Of a DNA stretch of 32,000 nucleotides, positions 7,987-16,904 are shown piece by piece. The notes beneath the pieces were generated by a model. The model saw only the letters and a list, made by a program, of their open reading frames with translations. It searched no databases and was not told the DNA's origin. Origin of the DNA: Telmatocola sphagniphila (GTDB taxonomy: Bacteria; Planctomycetota; Planctomycetia; Gemmatales; Gemmataceae); contig NZ_CP074694.1 in assembly GCF_018398935.1 (NCBI RefSeq), positions 3,690,001-3,722,000 of the forward strand, in the 5' to 3' direction. How positions within the stretch are numbered: the first letter of the stretch is position 1; each line of letters opens with the position of its first letter. Made by a program: the position numbers and the translations under genes.

Positions 7987-8019
7987 AAATTCTGAATAGA
8001 ACTCTTTAAGCACCCGAAA

Positions 8020-11000
8020 TTAGTGTGCCATGCTGCCCGAACCCTGCGGCGGTTCGCGATGCCCGTAGAAGCTGTAAAGCACCGGCATCAGATACTGCGT
8101 TAAGAGCAGTGAAGTGATCATCCCTCCCACAACTACGATCGCGAGTGGGCGCTGAGTTTGCACGCCGATCGGTTCAATGAAGCGGAAGTGCCCGGTGTGA
8201 TCCCAGGCCGGTCGAAGTGCCAAGGCCGCCGGGAGCAACCCGAGAATGGCGGTCATGGCCGTCATAACGACCGGGCGAAGACGTTTTTCTGCCCCTTCCA
8301 GAATGGCTTCCCGCAAAGGAACTCCGTGAGCCCGTAAAGCATTGAAGTAAGAGACCATCAGAAGACCGCCCATGATCGCCACGCCAAACAGCGACACAAA
8401 CCCCACGGCGGCGGAAGTGCTGAAGTTCGTTTCGGTCAGGATCAAAGCCCAGATGCCACCGACAGTAAGAGCTACCACGTTCGATAGCACCACAATCGCA
8501 TCCAAGAGGGAATTGAATGCCATGTAAAGCAGCACGAAAATCATCAGGAGAGCCATCGGGATAATTAACATCAGACGCGCTTCGGCGTCTTGCATCTGCT
8601 CAAACTCACCGCTCCATTCCGTGCGGTAAGGTGCGTTAATGAGATCGGCAGTCTTGGCCTTCGCTTCCTCCACGGCACCTGCCAGGTCGCGATTTCGCAC
8701 GCTGAATTTAACTGCAATCATGCGTTTGCCCTGCTCCCGGAAGATCATTGAGGCCCCGGGACGTACGAAGCTACCGTCTTTCCCCTGCTCGCCGTTGGAA
8801 TCCACAAAAGGTGTCACCAGTTTACCAAGTGGAACTCGTGGCGTATTTCCGAAATAATTCGTGGTGCCGTTGAACTGGCTGCCCGTCAAGGCGGGCCCAA
8901 GATTCTGCGTGCCGTTGGGTGCTAGACCTACGGATTGGCCAATCCCCCGATTAGAGCCGATCTGAGGCTGCCAGCCGCTGAAAACCTGATTGTTGATGAC
9001 ATCGACGGGAATGTTCAGGATCGAATGAACGTTATCTCGAAGCGGTTTGGGGAATCGAAGGCTGATGTCGAATCGCTTTTCCCCTTCGATCATCGTCGAG
9101 AATGCCTGACCCCCAACGGCAGTTTGCACCACGTTTTGCAGATCGGCGACGCTGACTCCCCATTGCTGGCACTTTACGGGATCCCAGGGGATTTCCAGGT
9201 TGGGCTGTCCCATGACGTTCATCGTGCCGACGTCTTCGATACCCTGAATATCTCGGAGTCTCTTCTCGACCTGCGCGGCCAATTTTTCGAGTTCTTCCAG
9301 ATCGGGGCCGAAAATTTTGACAGAATTATCACCTTTAACTCCCGAGATCGATTCCATCACGTTGTCGCGAATGTTCTGCGAAAAGTTCCAGTCGACCCCA
9401 GGTGTGGCTTTACGTAGATCCGACGTCATTTCTTCGATCAATTCGGTCTTGGTTCTGGGTCGCGTACCGTTGAAGTGGGACATCCAACCCTCGGTTTGCT
9501 TGACGGCAGGCCATTCACCGCGCGGCTTCAAGGGAACGAAAAATTCCGACTTATAGAAACCTTCGGGGTCGGTACCGTCGTCCGGGCGCCCCATTTGATT
9601 GGCTATGGCATCGATTTCCGGATATTTCATCATCACTTTGCGCGCTTCTCGCGAGCCATTGGCAACCGTATCGAGGGTAGCATTTCGAGGGAACATACCG
9701 CGTACCCAGAGATTCCCCTCTTCCAGTTCCGGCATGAATTCGCGACCCAAATGATCCTTGGCATAAACGATTGTGAAGGCCAGAAAGGCCAGCATGCCCA
9801 AGATGAAGAACCAGCGCAGGGCCAGCATATAGTCGAGAATGTGAAGGTAGACGGCCTTCATGGTACGGACCAGAAAGTTGTCCCGGGCTTCTTTGATATG
9901 ACCGAGAAATAACCGGCAGAGGACGGGAGTCAAGATGGTGGCCAGCATAAGCCCTCCCGCCAGAGCAAATGCGTAAGTATCGGCCATTGGCCCGAAGAGT
10001 TGCCCCTCGGCCCCCTTCATGGCAAAAAGAGGGATAAAGGCCACGACCATAATCAGAGTCGAAAACAGCAGTGGACGCGTGATTTCACCGCTGGACTGTT
10101 TGATTCGCTCTTTTAGTGTTAATTCGGAGTGTTCATTGGAAGTGAGTTTACGGAAGATGTTTTCCGCCATGATCACTGAGGAGTCCACGATAATTCCGAA
10201 GTCGACTGCCCCGATAGACAGAAGATTTGCTGACTTGCCCCGAGCATAGAGCATCGAGAAGGCAAACAGCAATGCCAATGGAATATTGATCGCCACAATC
10301 AGAGCTACGCGAACATTTCCGAGGAACATCAACAGAATCACGGCGACCAGACTGATTCCAACGACAAGATTTTCCTGTACGGTCTCGGTGGTGATTTCGA
10401 TGAGTTCTGTTCGGTCGTAGTAAGGTTCCAGTTTGACCCCGGGCAGAGTCGTCCCGGTTTTGGGATCATTCAATTCCGCAACTTTATCTTTCACGGCTTT
10501 CAGAGCGGGCAAAGAGTCTTCGCCTTTCCGGAGTAGTACGATGCACTGAACTTTTTCGTCTTCATCCTGCCAGACGACCGAACCGTCTTCACGAGTGATG
10601 TCGAGTTTGTTCGCATCTTTCTTCGGCGTACTGAGACTCACTTTACCCAGTCTGGTCTGATTACTGACCACTACCCCTTTCTGGCCGATTTCAATGCTGT
10701 TCAGCAGAGGACCGCCTTCGACCAGATCTTCGACCCGAATCGGCACGTTGTTGTAGGTGGTTACCACAGTTCCGCGGATTGATCGAATACGCCGTTCGTC
10801 TTCGGATCGGAGAATCTTCGCGGCCTTGAGCGGATCAGCCGCGATCACACTTTTGGACTGCATCGGATCGGACCCGCCCCCATAGAGACCCACGTTACGA
10901 ACGTTGATGGCATTCGCCCCTTGCAGCAGCACATCGCCGCCGCTGTTCATATTGGCGTTAGCGATAGCATTCTGAATCTGCGAGAGGGTCACGCCGTAGC

Positions 11001-11601
11001 GTCGCATCCGATCGGGATCGGGAAGAATCTCATAACGTTTGACGGTGCCACCGGCACTGGTCACGTCGATAATTCGCGGCACCCGCCGAAATTCTCGTTC
11101 CAGTGCCCAGTCTTGAAGAGCTTTCAAATCATTCAAGGTGTAGACATCCCGGCCACCTTCTTTGGGGCAGCTCAAGGTGTAGCGGTAAATTTCGCCCGTG
11201 GGGCTGGTGGGAGAAATGACTGCGTTGACGCCGTTGGGTAGCGGTTGAGAAATGTTCGCCAGACGATTGAGAACTTCCTGTCGAGCTTTGGTGTACTCCA
11301 TGCCATATTCGAATTGCAGACGCAGGTGAGCCAGACCGAACAGCGAACGGGTTCGGGTATATTTCAGATCGGGCATCCCAGCGAGGGTGATTTCCAGTGG
11401 AATGGTCACCTGCCGTTCGACTTCTTCCGCACTTGCACCCGGATACTGCGAAATCACCTCGACGATCGAAGGAGAAGGATCCGGGTACGCTTCGACATTG
11501 ACGTTCTTGAACGAATATGCGCCAAAACCGATCAATACCGCAGTCAGGAGCAGCACTACGAGTGTATTTTCGAGAGCCCAACCGATGAGACGCTGAAGCA
11601 T
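8020..11601 (-). CDS. Heavy-metal-efflux RND inner-membrane pump (CzcA/CusA family), unusually long (1193 aa)
   Basis: N-terminus ...VNVEAYPDPSPSIVEVISQYPGASAEEVERQVTIPLE is the CzcA/CusA hallmark. TM4 proton-relay motif AVDFGIIVDSSVIMAENIF. 12-TM RND layout with two large periplasmic loops. Confidence 0.9.
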   Translation of the reverse strand: MLQRLIGWALENTLVVLLLTAVLIGFGAYSFKNVNVEAYPDPSPSIVEVISQYPGASAEEVERQVTIPLEITLAGMPDLKYTRTRSLFGLAHLRLQFEYGMEYTKARQEVLNRLANISQPLPNGVNAVISPTSPTGEIYRYTLSCPKEGGRDVYTLNDLKALQDWALEREFRRVPRIIDVTSAGGTVKRYEILPDPDRMRRYGVTLSQIQNAIANANMNSGGDVLLQGANAINVRNVGLYGGGSDPMQSKSVIAADPLKAAKILRSEDERRIRSIRGTVVTTYNNVPIRVEDLVEGGPLLNSIEIGQKGVVVSNQTRLGKVSLSTPKKDANKLDITREDGSVVWQDEDEKVQCIVLLRKGEDSLPALKAVKDKVAELNDPKTGTTLPGVKLEPYYDRTELIEITTETVQENLVVGISLVAVILLMFLGNVRVALIVAINIPLALLFAFSMLYARGKSANLLSIGAVDFGIIVDSSVIMAENIFRKLTSNEHSELTLKERIKQSSGEITRPLLFSTLIMVVAFIPLFAMKGAEGQLFGPMADTYAFALAGGLMLATILTPVLCRLFLGHIKEARDNFLVRTMKAVYLHILDYMLALRWFFILGMLAFLAFTIVYAKDHLGREFMPELEEGNLWVRGMFPRNATLDTVANGSREARKVMMKYPEIDAIANQMGRPDDGTDPEGFYKSEFFVPLKPRGEWPAVKQTEGWMSHFNGTRPRTKTELIEEMTSDLRKATPGVDWNFSQNIRDNVMESISGVKGDNSVKIFGPDLEELEKLAAQVEKRLRDIQGIEDVGTMNVMGQPNLEIPWDPVKCQQWGVSVADLQNVVQTAVGGQAFSTMIEGEKRFDISLRFPKPLRDNVHSILNIPVDVINNQVFSGWQPQIGSNRGIGQSVGLAPNGTQNLGPALTGSQFNGTTNYFGNTPRVPLGKLVTPFVDSNGEQGKDGSFVRPGASMIFREQGKRMIAVKFSVRNRDLAGAVEEAKAKTADLINAPYRTEWSGEFEQMQDAEARLMLIIPMALLMIFVLLYMAFNSLLDAIVVLSNVVALTVGGIWALILTETNFSTSAAVGFVSLFGVAIMGGLLMVSYFNALRAHGVPLREAILEGAEKRLRPVVMTAMTAILGLLPAALALRPAWDHTGHFRFIEPIGVQTQRPLAIVVVGGMITSLLLTQYLMPVLYSFYGHREPPQGSGSMAH

Positions 11602-11703
11602 GAGATTCTCTAGGATGCGGGACGATATTCGAAAGGGAACCGAGTTCCCAGCCCCACATATGAAGGGCTGGCGATAACGATTATGCGATTCCCAGCGGGT
11701 TAA

Positions 11704-13260
11704 TTATTTCTTGTCGCTTTGCGATTGCAGGTTCTGCAACTCTCCAGCGAGTTCCAGGGCTCCCCGCTGAACGACGATTTCGCCCGGTTTGATTGCTTCC
11801 GCGCCGTTCTTCTGATCTTTGGTCGAAGGAACCTTCCGCAGAAAAATCTTTTCGCGACCGCGAACGGCCACTGACACGATTCGACGAGTGAATTCATTGT
11901 CAGCTCCCGTTTTTACGAACACGACGGGACCATCATTATCCTCGACTATCGCTTCGGTAGGTACTGCAACCAGATCGGGATCGGGTAGCAGGTTGATTGC
12001 AGCCGAAACCGCTTCGCCCACGAAATGGTTGCCCTTCAAATTATCGACCCAGCCGGTGATGGTACCGGTGTGCTGAGCGGGATCGATCACAGACCCCAGT
12101 TTATCGAAGGCGCCGACTTCCTCGCCAGCGGCGGGATTAGCCTGGAAGGTGATTCGCCAGCTGCGGTGCTTGGCGGCAATTTCTTTTTCCATTTCCACAC
12201 CCGGGCTATTGTTGGTCGGGTAGGTTTCGTCCCAACGCGAGATTCGCTCCAACTGTTGAATTTTGAAAAGATCTTCTTCATAGGCGTGAACCAGCACTTG
12301 CAGCCGATCCAGTTTAGCGATTTTAAAAAGATCCACCGTCGGATCGACGATATCGCCGATCGTCACATTCTTCTCGACAATTTTTCCATCGAAAGGGGCT
12401 CGAATAGCGACTTCCGCCCAGCTTCGTTCGACTTCGAGATCCGCCACGCCTTTGCTATCCGGCAGTTTTATCACGGGGGCTTTATCGCCTTTGAGCCGTT
12501 CGACTTCCTTGTTCAGAAAATCCATTCTCTCGGCTTCCCGCTTCACGGCGGCAATCTCTTCCTCGGTCAACTGCCAGGAACGCAGTGTGCGTTCCGCCCG
12601 CCCCACGGCAATCACATCCTGCATGAAGGAGCGAATGGCCGTGGTTAATTGATTCAGGGACACAATGCCCGTTTCAACCGACAGATATCGCTCCAGAACT
12701 CGCTTGTCGGCCATCATTTGCGAAGTTTGATCGACCAGTTCGCTTTTCTTTTCGCCGATATCCTTGCAGAACACGACGGCCAGGATCTGACCCTTTTTCA
12801 CGTAATCGCCGGGACGCAAGCCATTCTCCGGAACTATAGAAAGCCGTTCGGAGGTACTGGAGCTGTCGCCTTTCAGACCGATTTTGGTGATTTGACCCGC
12901 AAACAGGCTGTGAACTCGAGCTAATCGATTCGGATCGAGAATCGTGGTGCCCGGGAGTTTCAGCGCTTCGGGAGCGGGGGAATCTTCCACCTTGGCCAGG
13001 GTGAATCTTGGGCTAGTGAGCAGTTCCTTATCGAGAATGATGGCATCCTTGATAACTTTGCCTTCTTTATCTCGAGCCAGCTCAACCAGCGATTTTGGTT
13101 CTTCGTGCTTTTCCGCGGTTACGGTTTTCGGCTTCAATGATTCGTATTTTTCAGTGAGCCACGACCAGTTGAAACAAACCGCTACCACCAGGGCCACGAA
13201 AATCGCCGGCTTTAGACCCCGTTTGAGCCAAGTTCCAATAGAACGCTTGTTCTCAGCCAT
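11704..13260 (-). CDS. RND efflux periplasmic adaptor (membrane fusion protein, CzcB/HlyD-like)
   Basis: 518-aa ORF. N-terminal membrane anchor (PAIFVALVVAVCF). Lipoyl/barrel-sandwich-like segments (GDYVKKGQILAVV, IRAPFDGKIVEKNVTIGDIV), a coiled-coil hairpin region, and position directly upstream of the RND gene. Confidence 0.85.
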   Translation of the reverse strand: MAENKRSIGTWLKRGLKPAIFVALVVAVCFNWSWLTEKYESLKPKTVTAEKHEEPKSLVELARDKEGKVIKDAIILDKELLTSPRFTLAKVEDSPAPEALKLPGTTILDPNRLARVHSLFAGQITKIGLKGDSSSTSERLSIVPENGLRPGDYVKKGQILAVVFCKDIGEKKSELVDQTSQMMADKRVLERYLSVETGIVSLNQLTTAIRSFMQDVIAVGRAERTLRSWQLTEEEIAAVKREAERMDFLNKEVERLKGDKAPVIKLPDSKGVADLEVERSWAEVAIRAPFDGKIVEKNVTIGDIVDPTVDLFKIAKLDRLQVLVHAYEEDLFKIQQLERISRWDETYPTNNSPGVEMEKEIAAKHRSWRITFQANPAAGEEVGAFDKLGSVIDPAQHTGTITGWVDNLKGNHFVGEAVSAAINLLPDPDLVAVPTEAIVEDNDGPVVFVKTGADNEFTRRIVSVAVRGREKIFLRKVPSTKDQKNGAEAIKPGEIVVQRGALELAGELQNLQSQSDKK

Positions 13261-13602
13261 TAAAAAACCTTAATCAGAATTTTCTGCAGTTGGTATTCAC
13301 TGCACTGCAATTTATGCGCCTAACTCCTGGAGCTGGTCGCTAGCAATCCATGGTAACCAAATCACTTACGTTTCTTGGGTATTATCTGTTCGATTGAAAT
13401 TGAATCTGAGCGAAAACACGCCAGGAGTGGTCGACTGGAAACCACAGAGGTCGGCAGACGACCTCAGCAATTGTGAAGATTTGCTATCGATTTGGGCAGA
13501 CAACTAAAAAAATAGGTATTAAGCCGGAAGTCAGAATAGAGGCTCTGTTCTTCATTCGCGAACAGATCCTCAAATATTTTTTTTTGTGACGTAAACTCGG
13601 CT

Positions 13603-15108
13603 TTAAGGAAACTTCTCCATCTGCATTAAGCCTGAAAGCTGGGCAGCGTTTGTCCAAAGATTCTGCAGGGCATCAATGTAGTCGCTATTAGCCTGAATGG
13701 CCGTTCGTTGAATCTGCAGATAAGTGGCGAAGTCAAAGATACCGTTATCCAGGCCGGCTTTTATCAGACGGGCCGCCTCTTTAGAGTCTGCCAGAATACC
13801 CTTTTCGAAGCTATCCACCGTCTCCTTGGCCGCCAGATACTGGCTCAGGAGATTCTCAGCCTGGTTAACCAACGTCAGACGAATTGAATCGATATTCTCG
13901 ATGGACGAGGAGACGTTTGCCCGAGCGGCCCGAATATTCCCCTGGTTGCGATCCCATACTGGAATCGTAAAGCTCAGATTCAACCAGAACTGATCGGTAT
14001 TTTGTTGACCGGGCACCAGGCCAAACTGGTAGGCTGGCCCAATGGTGGGATTCGGGTATGGATCGATCTCCGCTCGGCGTTGCAGTAAACGATTTTGCTG
14101 TACGACCGACTGGGCCGCCTTGATCTGAGTGTGCTCCTGAGTGACGAATAGCAGCACCGCTTTTTCATCGAATACAGGATAAGGCCCCGTGACATTTCCG
14201 ATCAGCGTGCCAGTCACACAACCGGGCACACCGACAAGAGATTCGAGTTGCTTGCGATCGCCATCGAGAATGGCTTCCGCATTTTTCAGCTTCGCTCGCG
14301 TGGTATCGTAATCGACTTTCAAAGCCAGAACATCGTAGGTCGCTTTATCCCCCGCCTTCTTGATCTTCTCCACGGTCTCGTACGATTTCTTAACGATTTC
14401 CACGATCTCTTTCAGAACTTCGATGCGCTTCTGATCGATCAGCACCTGATAATACTGCTGCCGGACTTGAGCGAGCAGGGACAGCCGATTTTGCTTATAG
14501 GTCAATTCCGCCTGTCGAGTCGCTTCGTTGGCCGCGGCCTGATCGAGCCGCTTCTTACCCATCACGGGAATTTCCTGGGTGAAACCGGCGTTCAACGTGG
14601 TATTGCGGCCGTTATAGGTGAACGGATTATTGGCGTTGAATTGCGGATTGGGCATCACACCGGCCTGAATTGCCGATCCTTTGGAAGAGTCGATGGCCGC
14701 CCGGTCCCGCTTCATGATCGGGTTCATCTGATCGGCCAGATTTTCGAAATACTCGAGCGTCAGAGGTTGATTGCTTTTTGAAGCATCGACCAAACTCTTC
14801 ACTTCCGTCTGCAGGAAGCTGGTTTGCCGGATATCGCTCGCCGCCGGAAGCTGAGTTTTCATGCCGATAGGTTGCTCGACCAGCACGGCGGCGGGTTTTG
14901 CACCCGAGCTGGCAACCACTGGGGCAGTGGTGGTTCCGGCCACCGAAGGGGGTACTTGTGCAGAAGCGGACGAGAGAGCCGGCTTCAAGGATGTGGTGGC
15001 CGTCGGGATCTCCGGAGCGGAGGTGTTGGCTCGCGGCACTTGTGCGCATCCCACGCCGATGGCACCTGCTGAGGCGGCCAGCAATCCTTTTCGAATCAGG
15101 CTGTACAT
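13603..15108 (-). CDS. TolC/NodT-family outer-membrane efflux lipoprotein (CzcC-like)
   Basis: 501-aa ORF. Lipoprotein-type signal ending AIGVGC, an A/S/T/P-rich linker, then two OEP-type repeats (e.g. LTLEYFENLA..., AELTYKQNRLSLLAQVRQQYYQVL, ...YLQIQRTAIQANSDYIDALQNLW). Confidence 0.85.
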   Translation of the reverse strand: MYSLIRKGLLAASAGAIGVGCAQVPRANTSAPEIPTATTSLKPALSSASAQVPPSVAGTTTAPVVASSGAKPAAVLVEQPIGMKTQLPAASDIRQTSFLQTEVKSLVDASKSNQPLTLEYFENLADQMNPIMKRDRAAIDSSKGSAIQAGVMPNPQFNANNPFTYNGRNTTLNAGFTQEIPVMGKKRLDQAAANEATRQAELTYKQNRLSLLAQVRQQYYQVLIDQKRIEVLKEIVEIVKKSYETVEKIKKAGDKATYDVLALKVDYDTTRAKLKNAEAILDGDRKQLESLVGVPGCVTGTLIGNVTGPYPVFDEKAVLLFVTQEHTQIKAAQSVVQQNRLLQRRAEIDPYPNPTIGPAYQFGLVPGQQNTDQFWLNLSFTIPVWDRNQGNIRAARANVSSSIENIDSIRLTLVNQAENLLSQYLAAKETVDSFEKGILADSKEAARLIKAGLDNGIFDFATYLQIQRTAIQANSDYIDALQNLWTNAAQLSGLMQMEKFP

Positions 15109-15163
15109 GAGACCCTCTCCGCTTTCCGAACGAACTCGAAACCAGGTGTTAGAGAATCGAGAT

Positions 15164-16288
15164 TTAATAGGAGAACTCCGCTCGGGCTACGATTCCTTGC
15201 AGAAACAGCTTTGCTTTCGAGTCGTCGGTGTTAACGTTCCACCATTGTTCCAGGCTGTAGGCGAGCGTGAAGCGCAGGCGATTCTCAAACCCCAGAGGCG
15301 TATAGGTCAAACCCGCTTCAAAGCTGCCGATGCCGACCCCGGTGTTATGGCTGCCAGTGTTATAAGCGGCCGCTTGCGGCATCCCGGCATTCAAAGCGGT
15401 CTGGTAAAACTTCTGATCGATCGAGCCGACCACCCCACTCGCTTCCAAACGGGTATGGAGAGCGAGGCCGTTGTCAGTCAGCGCAGGATTCCATTCGACG
15501 AAAGTTCGCGGTCCGATACCGGTGAACATGCTGCTGATATCCTGATTCAGCAGTTGTCGTCCGGCCCCCTGCGTATCGAAGTAGAGTGTTGCCACTCGCA
15601 AACCGATGCCGAAGCTCAAGTAGCGGAAGTAACTGTGCGAAGTTTCGCGTCCTTCACCCAGAAATTCGGGGGCTACGTAATCGAGATCGATGGTATTTGC
15701 ATTCAACCGGCTGCGAATCAGCCCCGGTCCGGCGGTATCGTAAACGCCCAGCGTCTCGCTTCCCGAAGAGGCTAAGAGGCGGTAGCTGAGCTGCAGTTCG
15801 CCCATTCCCTCCGAGAGCCGGTACCCGGCGGTCAGCTTGGGGGCACCGGCCCAGTCGATACTGGATACCGTCTGAGAAATCACCGGGCCGTTGAACGCAG
15901 CTGGCGTCGTCAGCGAAGTGAACAGTTTTGGTTTCAGGAATCCAATTTCAAACCCGCCGTACCAGCTGGAGACTTCCGAACTGTCGATCAGAACCGGTCC
16001 CCAGGGCGGTGAAGGGGGAATCTGAGCGTTCATCAACCAACTGGTATTGGTGGGCGGCAGTGCACTGGAGGTGTTACCCATTCCCGCCGCCGCGGGCGGG
16101 GACGACTGCAAGGGAGTTTGAGTTTGATTGGTCGGGGCCGCGGGAATTACCGGCAAGCCGTTCGATATGGCCGTTGTATTGTTAACGGTGGGTGCTGGCG
16201 TATTGAGAGTCTGGGCCAGAGCACTCGGCGGAGCCACCGCCTCGCTCAATGAAGCGAGAGCACATAGAGAAATTAGCCAGGTGCGCAT
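15164..16288 (-). CDS. Putative outer-membrane beta-barrel (porin-like) protein
   Basis: Start moved to the ATG at 16288 (MRTWLISLCALASLSEAVA signal peptide, GAGGGG SD 6 nt upstream). P/T/S/N-rich linker. Alternating amphipathic strands. C-terminal beta-signal ...GIVARAEFSY. Ends 55 bp upstream of the OMF gene. Confidence 0.6.
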   Translation of the reverse strand: MRTWLISLCALASLSEAVAPPSALAQTLNTPAPTVNNTTAISNGLPVIPAAPTNQTQTPLQSSPPAAAGMGNTSSALPPTNTSWLMNAQIPPSPPWGPVLIDSSEVSSWYGGFEIGFLKPKLFTSLTTPAAFNGPVISQTVSSIDWAGAPKLTAGYRLSEGMGELQLSYRLLASSGSETLGVYDTAGPGLIRSRLNANTIDLDYVAPEFLGEGRETSHSYFRYLSFGIGLRVATLYFDTQGAGRQLLNQDISSMFTGIGPRTFVEWNPALTDNGLALHTRLEASGVVGSIDQKFYQTALNAGMPQAAAYNTGSHNTGVGIGSFEAGLTYTPLGFENRLRFTLAYSLEQWWNVNTDDSKAKLFLQGIVARAEFSY

Positions 16289-16389
16289 ATTTGACCCCTC
16301 ATCCAATCGATACAAGCGGTATAATCGGCAGATCAGGAGGAAGGGCTGTATTTAAAAAGTGTTAAAAGATTCAAGTTAAAAGAAAACGT

Positions 16390-16418
16390 AAGATTTCAGC
16401 TCGTTGAACTGAAATCTT
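16390..16418 (-). terminator. Stem-loop with a T-run on the minus strand (candidate terminator/insulator)
   Basis: 10-bp stem aagatttcag / ctgaaatctt with a 9-nt loop. On the minus strand it is followed by acgttttctttt. Lies in the long non-coding gap upstream of the beta-barrel/efflux operon. Confidence 0.4.
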
Positions 16419-16904
16419 CTATTTTGCCCATTTGGTGACTCAATCTCGCTATTTTATCTGGCAGTCGTTAGTCTGGAAAAGATAGGTAATGGACTCCGCA
16501 GAATAGATAAGGCCAGTTCAACAGGGTGAACAATTACAAGAAAACTAAGACGACATGCGATCGACATTCCTTCCCACTCTATTAAAGGTGCTGAGGCAGC
16601 GAGCGTCAGCCAATCGCGAAGTCCCATCGAACAGGCGCCGTAATTTCAGACAGCCCTTCGGAATTTCCGGCGCTGTCAGAAGCACATCCAGACATCGCCA
16701 AAAAAATTATTTCGACGCAAGTATAGATTTGGTAGGTACTTAAAAACAATTAGAAAAAAATTATCGATATGGCATAGTGTGTGCCCGTAGCTGGCCATCT
16801 AGCTAACAATTCCGAATTCGCCTTTGTCGTCCAAGGCGGCTCGCGCGGGATCCGAGGAAGCGTCCACCTCGTCTGCACTTTCTTCGGGTCCCGCTCGATG
16901 CTAT

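Noticed and set aside
4589-8019. A bona fide integrated island with att sites at ssrA
   Set aside because: No integrase gene and no direct repeat of the tmRNA 3' end were found in the window. It is kept only as a low-confidence positional observation.
8639-11613. Multiple plus-strand ORFs (e.g. 8935..9417, 9475..9912, 10921..11241, 11245..11613) opposite the RND gene
   Set aside because: These are shadow ORFs inside a 1193-aa gene with unambiguous CzcA/CusA motifs.
14861-15775. 304-aa plus-strand ORF
   Set aside because: It spans the junction of two well-supported minus-strand genes (the OMF and the barrel) and is Arg/Ala/Gly-rich antisense translation.
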